Source: an archaeon (lineage in GTDB: Archaea; Aenigmatarchaeota; Aenigmatarchaeia; QMZP01; JAFGSV01). From it: a DNA stretch of 64,000 nt. The notes beneath the pieces were generated by a model. That model had not been told where the DNA came from. It searched no databases and saw only the letters and a list, made by a program, of their open reading frames with translations. Of the stretch, positions 17,098-27,000 are shown piece by piece. Location: NCBI GenBank assembly GCA_028279705.1, contig JANQNF010000024.1, positions 269,011 to 333,010 on the forward strand. The letters run 5' to 3'. Numbering within the stretch: the first letter of the stretch is position 1; each line of letters starts with the position of its first letter. Position numbers and translations under genes: made by a program.

Positions 17098-18771
17098 TCA
17101 CATCTTCTCAGGAGCTTCTATTCCAAGCAGGTTCAGCGTGTTCCTAAGCGTTATCCTAACGGCGCCCACAAGTGCGAGCCTGGCTTTCATCTCCTTCTCA
17201 GAAGCCTTTAACACTGGAACCGCCTGGTAGAACTCGTTGAATGCGTCGCAGAGCTCGTACGTGTAAGTTGCAACGTAATGCGGCCTCATCTCGCGTCCGG
17301 CCTTCTCCACGAGCTCTGGGAACTCCGAGACCTTCTTTAGGAGTGCTATTTCTTTTTCCTCCCTGAGGACTGAAGCATCGTACTTCCAAGCCTTTTTCCC
17401 GGCTTTCCTCTGTATGGAGCAACACCTTGCGTGCGTGTACTGCAGGTAAGGCGCGTTGTTTCCTTCAAAGCTCAGAGCCCTTTCCCAGTCGAAGACGATG
17501 GTCTTTTCGGGCGACACCTTGACCATGTCGTACTTGAGCGCACCGAGCGCAACTATTCTTGCAGTCTCCGCAAGTTCGGACTTTGTGAGACCGGGATTCT
17601 TCTTTTTCGTGACACTGAGTGCCGTTTCCATCATCTTCTCTTTTAGGTCTTCGTACAGTATGACCCTGCCTTCCCTGGACTTCATCTTGCCTGACTCAAG
17701 GTTCACAAGGCCATAAGAAAGGTGGTACTCCTTTTTTGCCACAGGCGACTTCATTATCTCAAGGCTCTTGAAAAGCTGCCTGAAGTGGAGGTCCTGCTCT
17801 GAACCAACCACGTGGATTATACTCGCCGGATTGTACTCCTTGTCCTGCATCCGCGCCAGTATGAAGTCCTTTATCGAATAAAGCGGCGTTTCGTCCTGGG
17901 TGAGCAGCACGTAGATTCCCAGTTTGTCCTTCTCAAGGTCCATCACTATCGCCCCGTCGCTCATCTTTGCGGTACCTTTCTTTTCCAGCTCTTTTGCAAG
18001 CAATATTGCCGGCCCCTCTACCTCACTCTCAAAGTAGAAACGGTCGAATTTCGCCCCAAAATCGGCGTATATTGTATCAAAATAGTCAAGGCTCCACTGC
18101 CTTGTCTTTTTCCACAGTTTGACAAGATCAGGCTTTCCTGCATAGAGGTCCTTGTTTATCTCCTTTATCTGCAGTTCCACCTCGTGGTTTGTGGCTTTCA
18201 TGCTGGCTTTGGCATATATCTCTCCGAGCCACTTTCCCCTGTCTTTTGCAGGTTCTTTCTCCTTCAGGTTCAAAAGTCCCCACATGCACCTGGCAACGTG
18301 CGGACCTATGTCACCTTGGTAATTAACCCTTTTCACGTCACTGCCGGCAAATGACATGGTCCTTGAAAGCGCTTCCCCGAGCGTAAGATTCCTTGCGTGT
18401 CCTATGTGCACTGCCTTGTGTGTGTTCGGATGCGCAAACTCTATCATGACCCTTTCCTTCTTAGCGCCGGAGCCGTAGCGCTTGCCTTCTGCAAGAACCT
18501 TTCCAAGAACCTTTCCCCCGAGCTTTTCCCAGTCAGCATAGAAGTTGACGTAAGGCCCGATCGCCTTTATCTCTTTCACCGACCCTGCGGGTTTGAGCTT
18601 TCTCGCCAGTTCTGAAGCTATCGCGGGAGGCGCCTTCTTCATCTTGGCGGCAAGTGAAAAACAAGGGAAAGCGACATCGCCCATCTCAGGTTTAGGCGGA
18701 CTTTCCAGGAGGGAGACGTCGAGCTTCTCCTGCCCCAGTGCCTTTTCCACGTCATTCCTTAGGAGCTGCAT
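17098..18771 (-). CDS. argS: Arginyl-tRNA synthetase
   Basis: MGDVAFPCF, GPYVNF, PNTHKAVHIGHARN, KMKSREG, GNNAPYLQYTHAR, C-terminal APEKM. Confidence 0.97.
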   Translation of the reverse strand: MQLLRNDVEKALGQEKLDVSLLESPPKPEMGDVAFPCFSLAAKMKKAPPAIASELARKLKPAGSVKEIKAIGPYVNFYADWEKLGGKVLGKVLAEGKRYGSGAKKERVMIEFAHPNTHKAVHIGHARNLTLGEALSRTMSFAGSDVKRVNYQGDIGPHVARCMWGLLNLKEKEPAKDRGKWLGEIYAKASMKATNHEVELQIKEINKDLYAGKPDLVKLWKKTRQWSLDYFDTIYADFGAKFDRFYFESEVEGPAILLAKELEKKGTAKMSDGAIVMDLEKDKLGIYVLLTQDETPLYSIKDFILARMQDKEYNPASIIHVVGSEQDLHFRQLFKSLEIMKSPVAKKEYHLSYGLVNLESGKMKSREGRVILYEDLKEKMMETALSVTKKKNPGLTKSELAETARIVALGALKYDMVKVSPEKTIVFDWERALSFEGNNAPYLQYTHARCCSIQRKAGKKAWKYDASVLREEKEIALLKKVSEFPELVEKAGREMRPHYVATYTYELCDAFNEFYQAVPVLKASEKEMKARLALVGAVRITLRNTLNLLGIEAPEKM

Positions 18772-18909
18772 GGTATCACTATAAGTTTATTCCGGTCCGG
18801 AATTTAAATGTTGAGAAATGCACGATTCGTCCAGTGCACGGTTCTTGGTCATAGGTTTATAAAACTTTTTGTCATCATTATGCAGCAAAAGAATTCAGGA
18901 GAAATCGAT

Positions 18910-19467
18910 ATGAAAATTCGCAATACATCAAAAATCATTGTTTATAGCGGAGTCGGCAACATTTGTGCACGTTACAATGAAGCAAAAGACACTATTGAAT
19001 ACACAAGCGAAGCGAAAGATCCGTTTTCTAATTACGTTGAAGTGAGAGCACCTTTTTTATCCCTTGGACCAACTTTTGCGAAAAAGACATTCTCAGGCAA
19101 CAGTGATGAAGTCACAAAGGATGTATTGAAAGACCTTTGTTATTCAATCGAAGATTATTCAAAAGACGCGGGTATCAACGAAAGTCTTATAGGGTACGGG
19201 AGCTGGGCGGTGAAGGCTGCAGGAGAATTCGTACTGCAAGGTGTAAGAAGCCGTGGCGGCATGGTAGTTTTTGCCATCTCCAATGACCCCATAAATAAAC
19301 GCGGTTCAGGCGCACCCCTGGTAATGGAAGCCGCTCTTGACCAGTTCGGGAAGAAAAAGAAAGGGGTATTGATTGCCGCGCCTGTAGGAGATATCGTCTA
19401 CCCCTTATCAGAAATCGACAGTCTTACCATGAAATATCCAGAGCTATTTGACCCGAATGCTTGTTAG
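18910..19467 (+). CDS. Hypothetical protein (AT-rich island)
   Basis: ORF with GGAGA upstream of ATG 18910; no motif recognised. Confidence 0.55.
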   Translation: MKIRNTSKIIVYSGVGNICARYNEAKDTIEYTSEAKDPFSNYVEVRAPFLSLGPTFAKKTFSGNSDEVTKDVLKDLCYSIEDYSKDAGINESLIGYGSWAVKAAGEFVLQGVRSRGGMVVFAISNDPINKRGSGAPLVMEAALDQFGKKKKGVLIAAPVGDIVYPLSEIDSLTMKYPELFDPNAC

Positions 19468-19621
19468 GATCAAATCATTTCTTTACCACATTTAGCTGCG
19501 ATAAAGCATCTACATACGAATCGTCGAGCTCATCCTGGTCGATGTTCGGCATTTTTTGCATCCTTTCTGACCATGTACATAGCGCACCAACTGCCACTTA
19601 ATGGTTTTTCATAGCTAAAAG

Positions 19622-20083
19622 TCAGATTCTCTTACTGAAAGATTGTGAATTGCGTATCTCCCAGAAATCCTGGACAACATCGAAAATTTCAGAGTCATTC
19701 ACGAGACCTTCTGGAATTTCGCTTAAATAATCTACAACACTTTTATCCAACTTGACCATTTTTTCGGTGTTTTGATGTTCATTTAGTGCCGTTCTCGCAT
19801 AGTCTTTCAGATCCGAAAGCACTTTTTCTTTTTCGGTTTGGTGAAGACCATCTGCATTTACATCATTAGAATTGTTGGTGCTTGTTATTTCATTGAATTT
19901 TTTACAGATAGCAGAATACATTTCTCCCGATTGTTCAAAACATTCTCCTGAAACCTTACCATGACCGTGCCGTCTTTCTACTGCTTTGTATGCAACTTCT
20001 GCAAGATCGCGAAGCTTCCCAATCTCGTCTAGACTGTTTGCCTTCAGTGCACTTTCAAAGTAATTTTTCAGTAATTCGAACAT
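19622..20083 (-). CDS. Hypothetical all-helical protein (AT-rich island)
   Basis: ORF of about 153 aa; no motif recognised. Confidence 0.55.
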   Translation of the reverse strand: MFELLKNYFESALKANSLDEIGKLRDLAEVAYKAVERRHGHGKVSGECFEQSGEMYSAICKKFNEITSTNNSNDVNADGLHQTEKEKVLSDLKDYARTALNEHQNTEKMVKLDKSVVDYLSEIPEGLVNDSEIFDVVQDFWEIRNSQSFSKRI

Positions 20084-20155
20084 AGTAGATACTGACGAGA
20101 CGAAACTATATGACCACAAGTAACAAGGCCAAGGAATCAATTAACCGTGGACTTT

Positions 20156-20405
20156 TCACTTCTGACCATTCTTCATCATTAAATATATTTTTGTTGGATC
20201 AGCCGCTGGCTCAATTAACTGTCCCTGACTGTCTGTCAGGCAATCTCCTATTTCGTCATCTGGAAGTTTGGTAGCGGTAACTAGATTACTCCGGTCGCTG
20301 TAAGCCTTTGTACCAACAGGATTTACATTTCCAATAAAGTCAAATCCGCATGTGCCTAGCGATTTATTCACTCTTTGACTCAGATATACTACTAGAATAA
20401 CTCAT
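20156..20405 (-). pseudogene. Small ORF, possibly frameshifted
   Basis: GGAGG plus ATG at 20405 opens only 13 codons; a 71-codon frame continues from GTG 20371 in another frame. Confidence 0.3.
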
Positions 20406-20639
20406 CGCCTCCTTAATGTCTTATTATTGAAATTAAGGTGCCGATAGAAATATAAATCTTACTAAAAAAATTCGTTTTTAGTGATACTTTATTGCACCAT
20501 AAAGGACTTTTTAAGATGAAAATTCGGTAATAGTTTTTTACACCGGATTAGACTTTTATTCGATTCTATTGCAGAAACTTCGGCTAAATTTAAACATGTT
20601 GGTAAAGAATGCTAGAATCACCGGCTAATTGAAATGGAA

Positions 20640-20712
20640 TGGGCCCGGCCGGATTTGAACCGGCGATCCCCGCCACGTCAAGGCGGTGTCATAGCCACTA
20701 GACCACGGGCCC
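20640..20712 (-). tRNA. tRNA-Val(GAC), no intron, no encoded CCA
   Basis: GGGCCCG/CGGGCCC-A acceptor, CCGCC-TT GAC GT-GGCGG anticodon arm, GCCGG-TTCAAAT-CCGGC T arm. Confidence 0.97.
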
Positions 20713-20766
20713 TCGTAGGTATTAATTGTTTGGCGTGTTTTTATTTCTACGCCTCATAATCTTCGT

Positions 20767-20967
20767 ATGAAAGGTATAGTAATACCTGTGGATCTGGACA
20801 ATGCAATTGATGTGTACTTTAGTGAAATTCTAAATTGCGGTAACACCTTTGCAGAAGACGCCTACTTTAGAGCGTTGTATGATACGTTCGATAAAGATGC
20901 TGTCGATAGTGCACTCAGGGAATACGGCGGAAAACGTGAAAGGCGTGGCATTGAACCGCTATCCTAA
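20767..20967 (+). CDS. Hypothetical protein
   Basis: 66-aa AT-rich ORF. Confidence 0.4.
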   Translation: MKGIVIPVDLDNAIDVYFSEILNCGNTFAEDAYFRALYDTFDKDAVDSALREYGGKRERRGIEPLS

Positions 20968-22253
20968 TCTTCCTTTGATAAATAATGTACTTTTCCTTTG
21001 ATTATTGTCGCCCTGCAGCGCCCGGGGAAGTTCATGCCTTCGTATGGGCTCCAGCCGCTCTTGGTGCCGAGGTCAGTGATCTTCACGGTTTCAGTTTTCA
21101 TATCGATTAACGTGAGCGTTGCTTCCTTTCCTGCCTTTATCTCCCTTTGCGGCAGCTTGAACGTCTTCGAAGCGTTTCCTGAGGTCATCTTCAGGAGGTC
21201 GTCGAAAGGTACCTTGAAGTGTGCACTCAGTGTGGATATGAAATTTGCGTAGCTGTCAAGACCCGGCATGCCTGAACAGAAGGGTGCGTACAGCTTGTCG
21301 TTGATCCTGTGCGGTGCGTGGTCTGTTTCTATCCAGTCTATCTTGCCGCGGAACAGTTCCTTTACGAGTCCCTGCACAGAATCGTCCCTTCTTAGCGGCG
21401 GGTTCACCTTGTAGAACAGCCCTCTGGACTTCTTCTTCATGGACTCGTATGTAAGCAGCAGATGATGGGGAGTCACGCCGCATGTAACTTTCAGCGTCTT
21501 CATGTCCCTTGCCAACCTTACCGTTTCTGGCAGGCTCGCATGGCATATGTGAAGAGTTCCCTTGAATCCGGACACTGACGCGAAATTGACCTGGTCCCTT
21601 GCCGATTCTATCTCAGCCCCCGGCGGCCTTATGTCGCACCACGTCTCCGGGCTGTTGACGCTCCACACCTCTTCACGGAACTCTGATTCCTTCTCGCAGT
21701 GGACAGCAAGCACCCCCCTGTAGCTGAGCTCTGACAATGCTTTGTATACCATCCTCTGGTCCTTTCTTTCCGGGACTGCGAGCTCGCCTGTCGATTCCCC
21801 TGCGTATAGTTTCAGGCCGACTACCTCATCGTACTTCTTCACGGCCTCGACGGCTTCCCTTATCTGTGACTTGTTTGCGGTCACCCCGCAATAGAGACCG
21901 TACTCGACCGGGGTCTCGCTGCTTTTCATGGTTTCTATCCTCTTCTCCACGTCAGTATGGGTAAGAATCGGCGGGCTCGTGTTCGGCATGTCGTGTACCC
22001 GCGTCACCCCGCCGTGGAGCGCAGCGTGCCCAGCAGTACTTATCGTCTCCTTCTCCTTCTGGTTCCAGTCCCTACAGTGGACGTGTGGGTCTATGAAACC
22101 CGGCATTATCACGTCAGCCGTTATGTCAGGCTTCCTGTTGGACAGGTTCGTCATCCTGCGTATCTTGCCCTCATGTATCTCGATGAACAGGTTCGTGTGT
22201 ATCTTCCCAGGACCGCACACCACGGTCTTTCCATAAAGCAGTAATGAGCTCAT
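20964..22253 (-). CDS. pyrC: Dihydroorotase
   Basis: PGFIDPHVHCRD, DMPNTSPP, CGVTPHHL, KVNPPLR, TDHAPH; in an operon with pyrK and pyrD. Confidence 0.93.
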   Translation of the reverse strand: MSSLLLYGKTVVCGPGKIHTNLFIEIHEGKIRRMTNLSNRKPDITADVIMPGFIDPHVHCRDWNQKEKETISTAGHAALHGGVTRVHDMPNTSPPILTHTDVEKRIETMKSSETPVEYGLYCGVTANKSQIREAVEAVKKYDEVVGLKLYAGESTGELAVPERKDQRMVYKALSELSYRGVLAVHCEKESEFREEVWSVNSPETWCDIRPPGAEIESARDQVNFASVSGFKGTLHICHASLPETVRLARDMKTLKVTCGVTPHHLLLTYESMKKKSRGLFYKVNPPLRRDDSVQGLVKELFRGKIDWIETDHAPHRINDKLYAPFCSGMPGLDSYANFISTLSAHFKVPFDDLLKMTSGNASKTFKLPQREIKAGKEATLTLIDMKTETVKITDLGTKSGWSPYEGMNFPGRCRATIIKGKVHYLSKED

Positions 22254-23041
22254 AGCTTCCCCTTCTTTCCGCTACCGTCCCTTTTGTACTTTCCGAATTC
22301 ATCAACCTTCTTTAACTGCTCGAGCGTGAATACCGGACCGTCCTTGCACACTCTCCATCCTGTCGGGTCGAGCGTGCATGACCCGCACACTCCGAAACCG
22401 CACTTCATGTATCTTTCTAGCGAGAATTCGCCTGGTATTTCCTTTTTGTTGCAGATTTCAAAAACCTTGACCATCATCTTCTCCGGACCGCAGCAGTATA
22501 CGTAATCTATGTTACCACTCTTTACTGAATCTACCAGACATTCTGTGCAGAACCCCTTGTGACCGAATGACCCGTCGTCCGTTGCGTACGTGGTCTTTAC
22601 CTTGCTCTTCTCAAACCTCTTCTGGTAGAGCAGGAACTCCTTTCCGGCAGCTCCCGTTATCATATGAACGTTTTTCCCCTTCCTTGCCATCTCGTCTGCA
22701 AGTAACGCAAGCGGGGCCGTCCCATAGCCCCCACCTATGAGAACGACGTTGTCACCTTTCATTGAAAACGGCTTTCCGTAGGGTCCCTGTATCCCGACGC
22801 GGTCGCCTGTACCGAGCTTGAACAACTCTTTCGTGAAGCCGCCCACCCTTCTTATGGTGAGCGCGAACGATCCCCTTTCCTGGTAAGATATCCCAAAAGG
22901 CTTCTGTCCACTTCCCGGAAGCCAGAGCATCACGAACTGGCCAGGCTTTGCACCGACCCTTCCTGAAAACCAGAATGTCTTCGTGTCCTTTGCTTCGTCT
23001 ACCGCCTTCTCTATCTTCATCATCACTGGTCTCTCATTCAT
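22250..23041 (-). CDS. pyrK: Dihydroorotate dehydrogenase electron-transfer subunit
   Basis: KPGQFVML, GPYG, GGGYGTAP, CGPEKM, ERYMKCGFGVCGSC, VCKDGPVF. Confidence 0.93.
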   Translation of the reverse strand: MNERPVMMKIEKAVDEAKDTKTFWFSGRVGAKPGQFVMLWLPGSGQKPFGISYQERGSFALTIRRVGGFTKELFKLGTGDRVGIQGPYGKPFSMKGDNVVLIGGGYGTAPLALLADEMARKGKNVHMITGAAGKEFLLYQKRFEKSKVKTTYATDDGSFGHKGFCTECLVDSVKSGNIDYVYCCGPEKMMVKVFEICNKKEIPGEFSLERYMKCGFGVCGSCTLDPTGWRVCKDGPVFTLEQLKKVDEFGKYKRDGSGKKGKL

Positions 23042-23948
23042 GCGCAAGACCCACCATTTCATTCACGGACGGATAGCCTTCACTCTTCATAAATACGGAC
23101 ATCTCGTCTGCAATCTTTCTGAAAACGTCCATGTCCCTGTAGTGCACTGCAGAACCTACACCGACTGCAGAAGCCCCGGCCATGATCATCTCTATCGCAT
23201 CGATGCCGGTCGTTACCCCGCCAGTGCCGATTACTGGTATCCTCACCGCTTTGTAGACATCGTATACGCAGCGCACAGATATTGCCTTTATTGCAGGGCC
23301 AGACAGACCGCCGAACTTGAAATCCAGGACAGGCTTTTTAGCCCTGGCGTCTATGAACATCCCGGGACCTACGGTGTTTCCCATGTTTATTGCGTCCGCA
23401 CCTGCCTTTTCTGCAGCCTTTGCGACTTCACCGAGTGCCTGGATGCTCGGTGAAAGCTTCACTATCACCGGCAGCTTCGTGCTCTTCTTTACAGCAGCCG
23501 TTATTTCGTACGTGGCTTCAGGCGTTCCCTGCCCCGCCAGCATGCCGTATCCGGGCGTGTGTGGGCACGAAAGCGGCAGCTCCACTGCAGAAAAGTCTCC
23601 TGGAAGGAAGTTTCCGGCCATGTATGCGAACTCTTCTGCATCAGTTCCGAGTATGCTCGCTATTACGGGTACACCGACTTCACCGAGTCCCGTGAATTCC
23701 TTCCTGGACTCAGAAAGCCCCGGATTCGAGTAACCCACGGCATTGATCATGACGTCCCCGTCAACTTGTATTATGGGCGTTTTGTGACCCTTTCTCGGCT
23801 CCCTGCTTACTGATTTTATGGTGACCGCACCGGCCCCGTTTTGGGCAACGTTTTTCAGCGATGACTTGGTGACTCCAAGTATACCTGATGCAAGAATGAG
23901 CGGATTTTTCAATTTCAGCCCGCAGAGATCCACTTTCAGTCCAGACAT
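23034..23948 (-). CDS. pyrD: Dihydroorotate dehydrogenase (family 1B)
   Basis: LKNPLILASG, NAVGYSNPG, LSCPH, VKLSP, GGLSGPAIK. Confidence 0.95.
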   Translation of the reverse strand: MSGLKVDLCGLKLKNPLILASGILGVTKSSLKNVAQNGAGAVTIKSVSREPRKGHKTPIIQVDGDVMINAVGYSNPGLSESRKEFTGLGEVGVPVIASILGTDAEEFAYMAGNFLPGDFSAVELPLSCPHTPGYGMLAGQGTPEATYEITAAVKKSTKLPVIVKLSPSIQALGEVAKAAEKAGADAINMGNTVGPGMFIDARAKKPVLDFKFGGLSGPAIKAISVRCVYDVYKAVRIPVIGTGGVTTGIDAIEMIMAGASAVGVGSAVHYRDMDVFRKIADEMSVFMKSEGYPSVNEMVGLAHE

Positions 23949-24034
23949 ATTATTTTCTTGTTTCAATAATATAAAATGTAAAGCCACGATTCCAGACAAA
24001 TTTTTTAAACTTCATAATCATAATTCTATTCCCT

Positions 24035-27000
24035 ATGTCCAGAACCAACGTATCTGACAGTGACGTGAAGCCGGAGGCAGTCGAAAAGTTCAGGTTCTTC
24101 CTAAGTGACGAGTACGGAAAGGAACTGTACAAGGCAGCCGAAGAGGAAAAGTCTCTTCTCGTCAATTTCGACAAGCTGGACAAGCGCTTTGACGACCTTT
24201 CACAGATGCTTCTTGAAAATCCTGCAAATTTCATGAAGGTCGCTGACACGGCCGTAAGCGGAATAGACCTGCCGGGCCCGGTCAGGGTAAGGTTTTCCGG
24301 ACTTCCGGAAACCAGTACCGTAAGCGTCCGCGACCTGAGATCCAAGCACATAGGAAAGTTCATCTGCGTCGAGGGTATAGTCAGGAGGGCTTCTGAGATA
24401 AGGCCCGAAATAGTTGCAGTTGACTGGAAATGCCATGAATGCGACAGTGTGACGAGGCATCCTGTCAACGGAACGTTCATATCCAAGCCGTTTAAGTGCG
24501 GAAACGTCACTGACGGGAGGGCATGTGACGGCAAGGCGTTCCTTGAGAACAACAAGGTGATGATCGATGCCAGGTGGATAACCGTGGACGAGCCTTTCGA
24601 GCTCACGGACGGCGACAAGCCTTCCCAGGTCAACATATGGTTAAGTGAAGACCTGGTTTCCCCGGACGGCAGGAGGATGTCAGACCCTGGTAACAGGCTC
24701 AAGATAACGGGTGTCTTAAGGGAAGTTCCCAAGGGAAAGATAGGCTCGGTAAAGCTTGACTTCTATCTTGACGCAAACCACGTTGAACCGACAGACACCA
24801 CGTGGGAAAAACTCCAGATATCAAAGGAAGAGGAAGAGCAGATAAAGGAGTTTTCAAAGGACCCGCTAATTTATGATAAGCTCGTCGCTTCCATGGCACC
24901 GTCGCTTTACGGGCTGACCCACATAAAGGAATCGGTCATACTCCAACTCTTTGGTGGTGTACCAAGGAAGCTTCCTGACGGTAGCAATTTCAGGGGTGAC
25001 ATCCATATCCTGATAATAGGTGACCCCTCTGCGGGTAAGTCTCAGCTATTAAAGCTCGTCCCGGAGATAGTGCCGCGCGGCAGGTACGTGAGCGGAAAGG
25101 GTGTATCTACTGCAGGTCTTACCGCAACTGTCACAAAGGACGAACAGTTCATGGGTGGCTGGGTACTTGAAGCAGGTGCACTTGTCCTTGCAAACAAGGG
25201 GCTTCTTTGTATGCACCCGGAAACGAGAATAGTTGCAGATGACGCGATAATGCCTTTCAGGTCCGCTCTTAACGGGAATGTTCAGAGGGCCATGTGCAAC
25301 GGCAGGCCGGTCGAGATAGGGAAGAGTGGCAGCATAGTCTATTCGTATGACGGTTCCGGTGTAAGTTCCGCGGTTTCCGATATCGTGGGAAGACGCAGGT
25401 ATCGCGGCAAGATGATATCCATGCTTCTGGATTCTGGATTCTCGATAGACCTGACGCCAAATCATCCGCTCATCGACGGTAATTCCCTTGGATGGAAGAG
25501 TGCAGGAGATTTCATCGAGGGTGACTATGTGCTCGCTCCTCTGAAGATACCCGGGAACCAAAAAGATGCCCTTCTGATAGACCTCCTTCCCCAGGATTGG
25601 AATGTCTGTCTTTCCAATGAAGACAAGGCCGAACTGAAGATCCGAATTTCCGGCAAATATGCAACCATGAGCGAATTCAACAGTAAATACGGGTTCGACA
25701 GAAGCGTGCTTTCCGGTGGCGGGCAACCTGACATAAAGTCGTTCAAGAAGGCACTGTCAGGCCTTGGCATACATGACGAATGGTCAAGGAGAGTTTTCAA
25801 ATTCGGCAAGAAGATGGCTTTCATAGGACCGAAAACCTCAAAGCTCACGCCTGAGCTCGGCTATCTGCTGGGTTTTATCCTCGGTGACGGCCATGTCACG
25901 CGCAGGGGAATACGGGTCATACAGTCTCTGAAGCATGCTGACTACATTAAGAGGTTCACTTATTGCTGGGACAGGACCTTCGACAAGAAGCTGCGTACGT
26001 ACGAGTACAAAACCAAGGCCAATATAAGGGGAAGGAAAGTTGAATCCGACTGCGTCGTCATGTTTTCGGGAAACAGGACGCTCGTCCAGCTTTATGAATG
26101 CCTTGTCGGCAGCGACATGAGCAACGTGCTGAAAATGCCCGACGACGTCCTCAGGGGATTCGTCGCAGGCTGTTTTGATGCGGACGGTTGCCTTTCGTCA
26201 AAGGTTTCCAGAAAGAATGGGAGGGAGTATGAGGTCGTCCATTCCGAGATACTGCTTTCAAGCGACAGGCAAGCCAGCCTGAATTTCATGATGACACTGA
26301 GGCGTCTCGGCGTCTATTCCAGGCTCGTCCGGGCAAAAGGAGTCTATAACGTAAGGATAACGGGAAGAGCCGACGTGGAGAGGTTCAGGAACTGCATAAA
26401 AGAACATTCTGCAAAGATGCGTAAATGCATGCCCGAGAGGAAGATCAAGGTATCTTCCGCCGGCAGCAAGGTGCCCGCGGGTTTAGTCAGGGATTTCTGT
26501 CAGGAACTCATAGAAAACGTGAATACGTCAGAGCTGAATGCCGCAGGACTTTCAAGCACCGCGTACTGCTACAAGAACGAAAAATACATGCCTTCCAGAG
26601 AACAAGTTCAGAAGCTGATGAAAATGTTCGGCAGCCGTGTCAGCGGTGGTATGAAGAAAAAAATGACAGCGCTGCTGCAAGGAAACGCATTCCCCGATCG
26701 GGTAAAAAAGATAAGGCGTTATGATTATGACGGCTATGTATACGACATGACGGTTCCGCGGACTGCAAACTTCATTGCAGACGGTGTATTCTGCCACAAC
26801 TCGATAGACGAGTTTGAAAAAATGAGCCAGGAAGACCAGGTTGCAATGCACGAGGGCATGGAACAGGGCAGCATAAGCATAGCAAAGGCAAGCATCGTTG
26901 CCACGCTTCCGGCAAAGACTTCCATACTCGCAGGCGGCAATCCTAAGTTCTCGCGTTTCGACCCGATGAGGAGCATAAGCGAGCAGATTGACATACCACC

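Noticed and set aside
20406-20639. AT-rich non-coding stretch as a possible replication origin
   Set aside because: No ORB-like repeats and no adjacent cdc6/orc1; better explained as islet spacer and promoter DNA.
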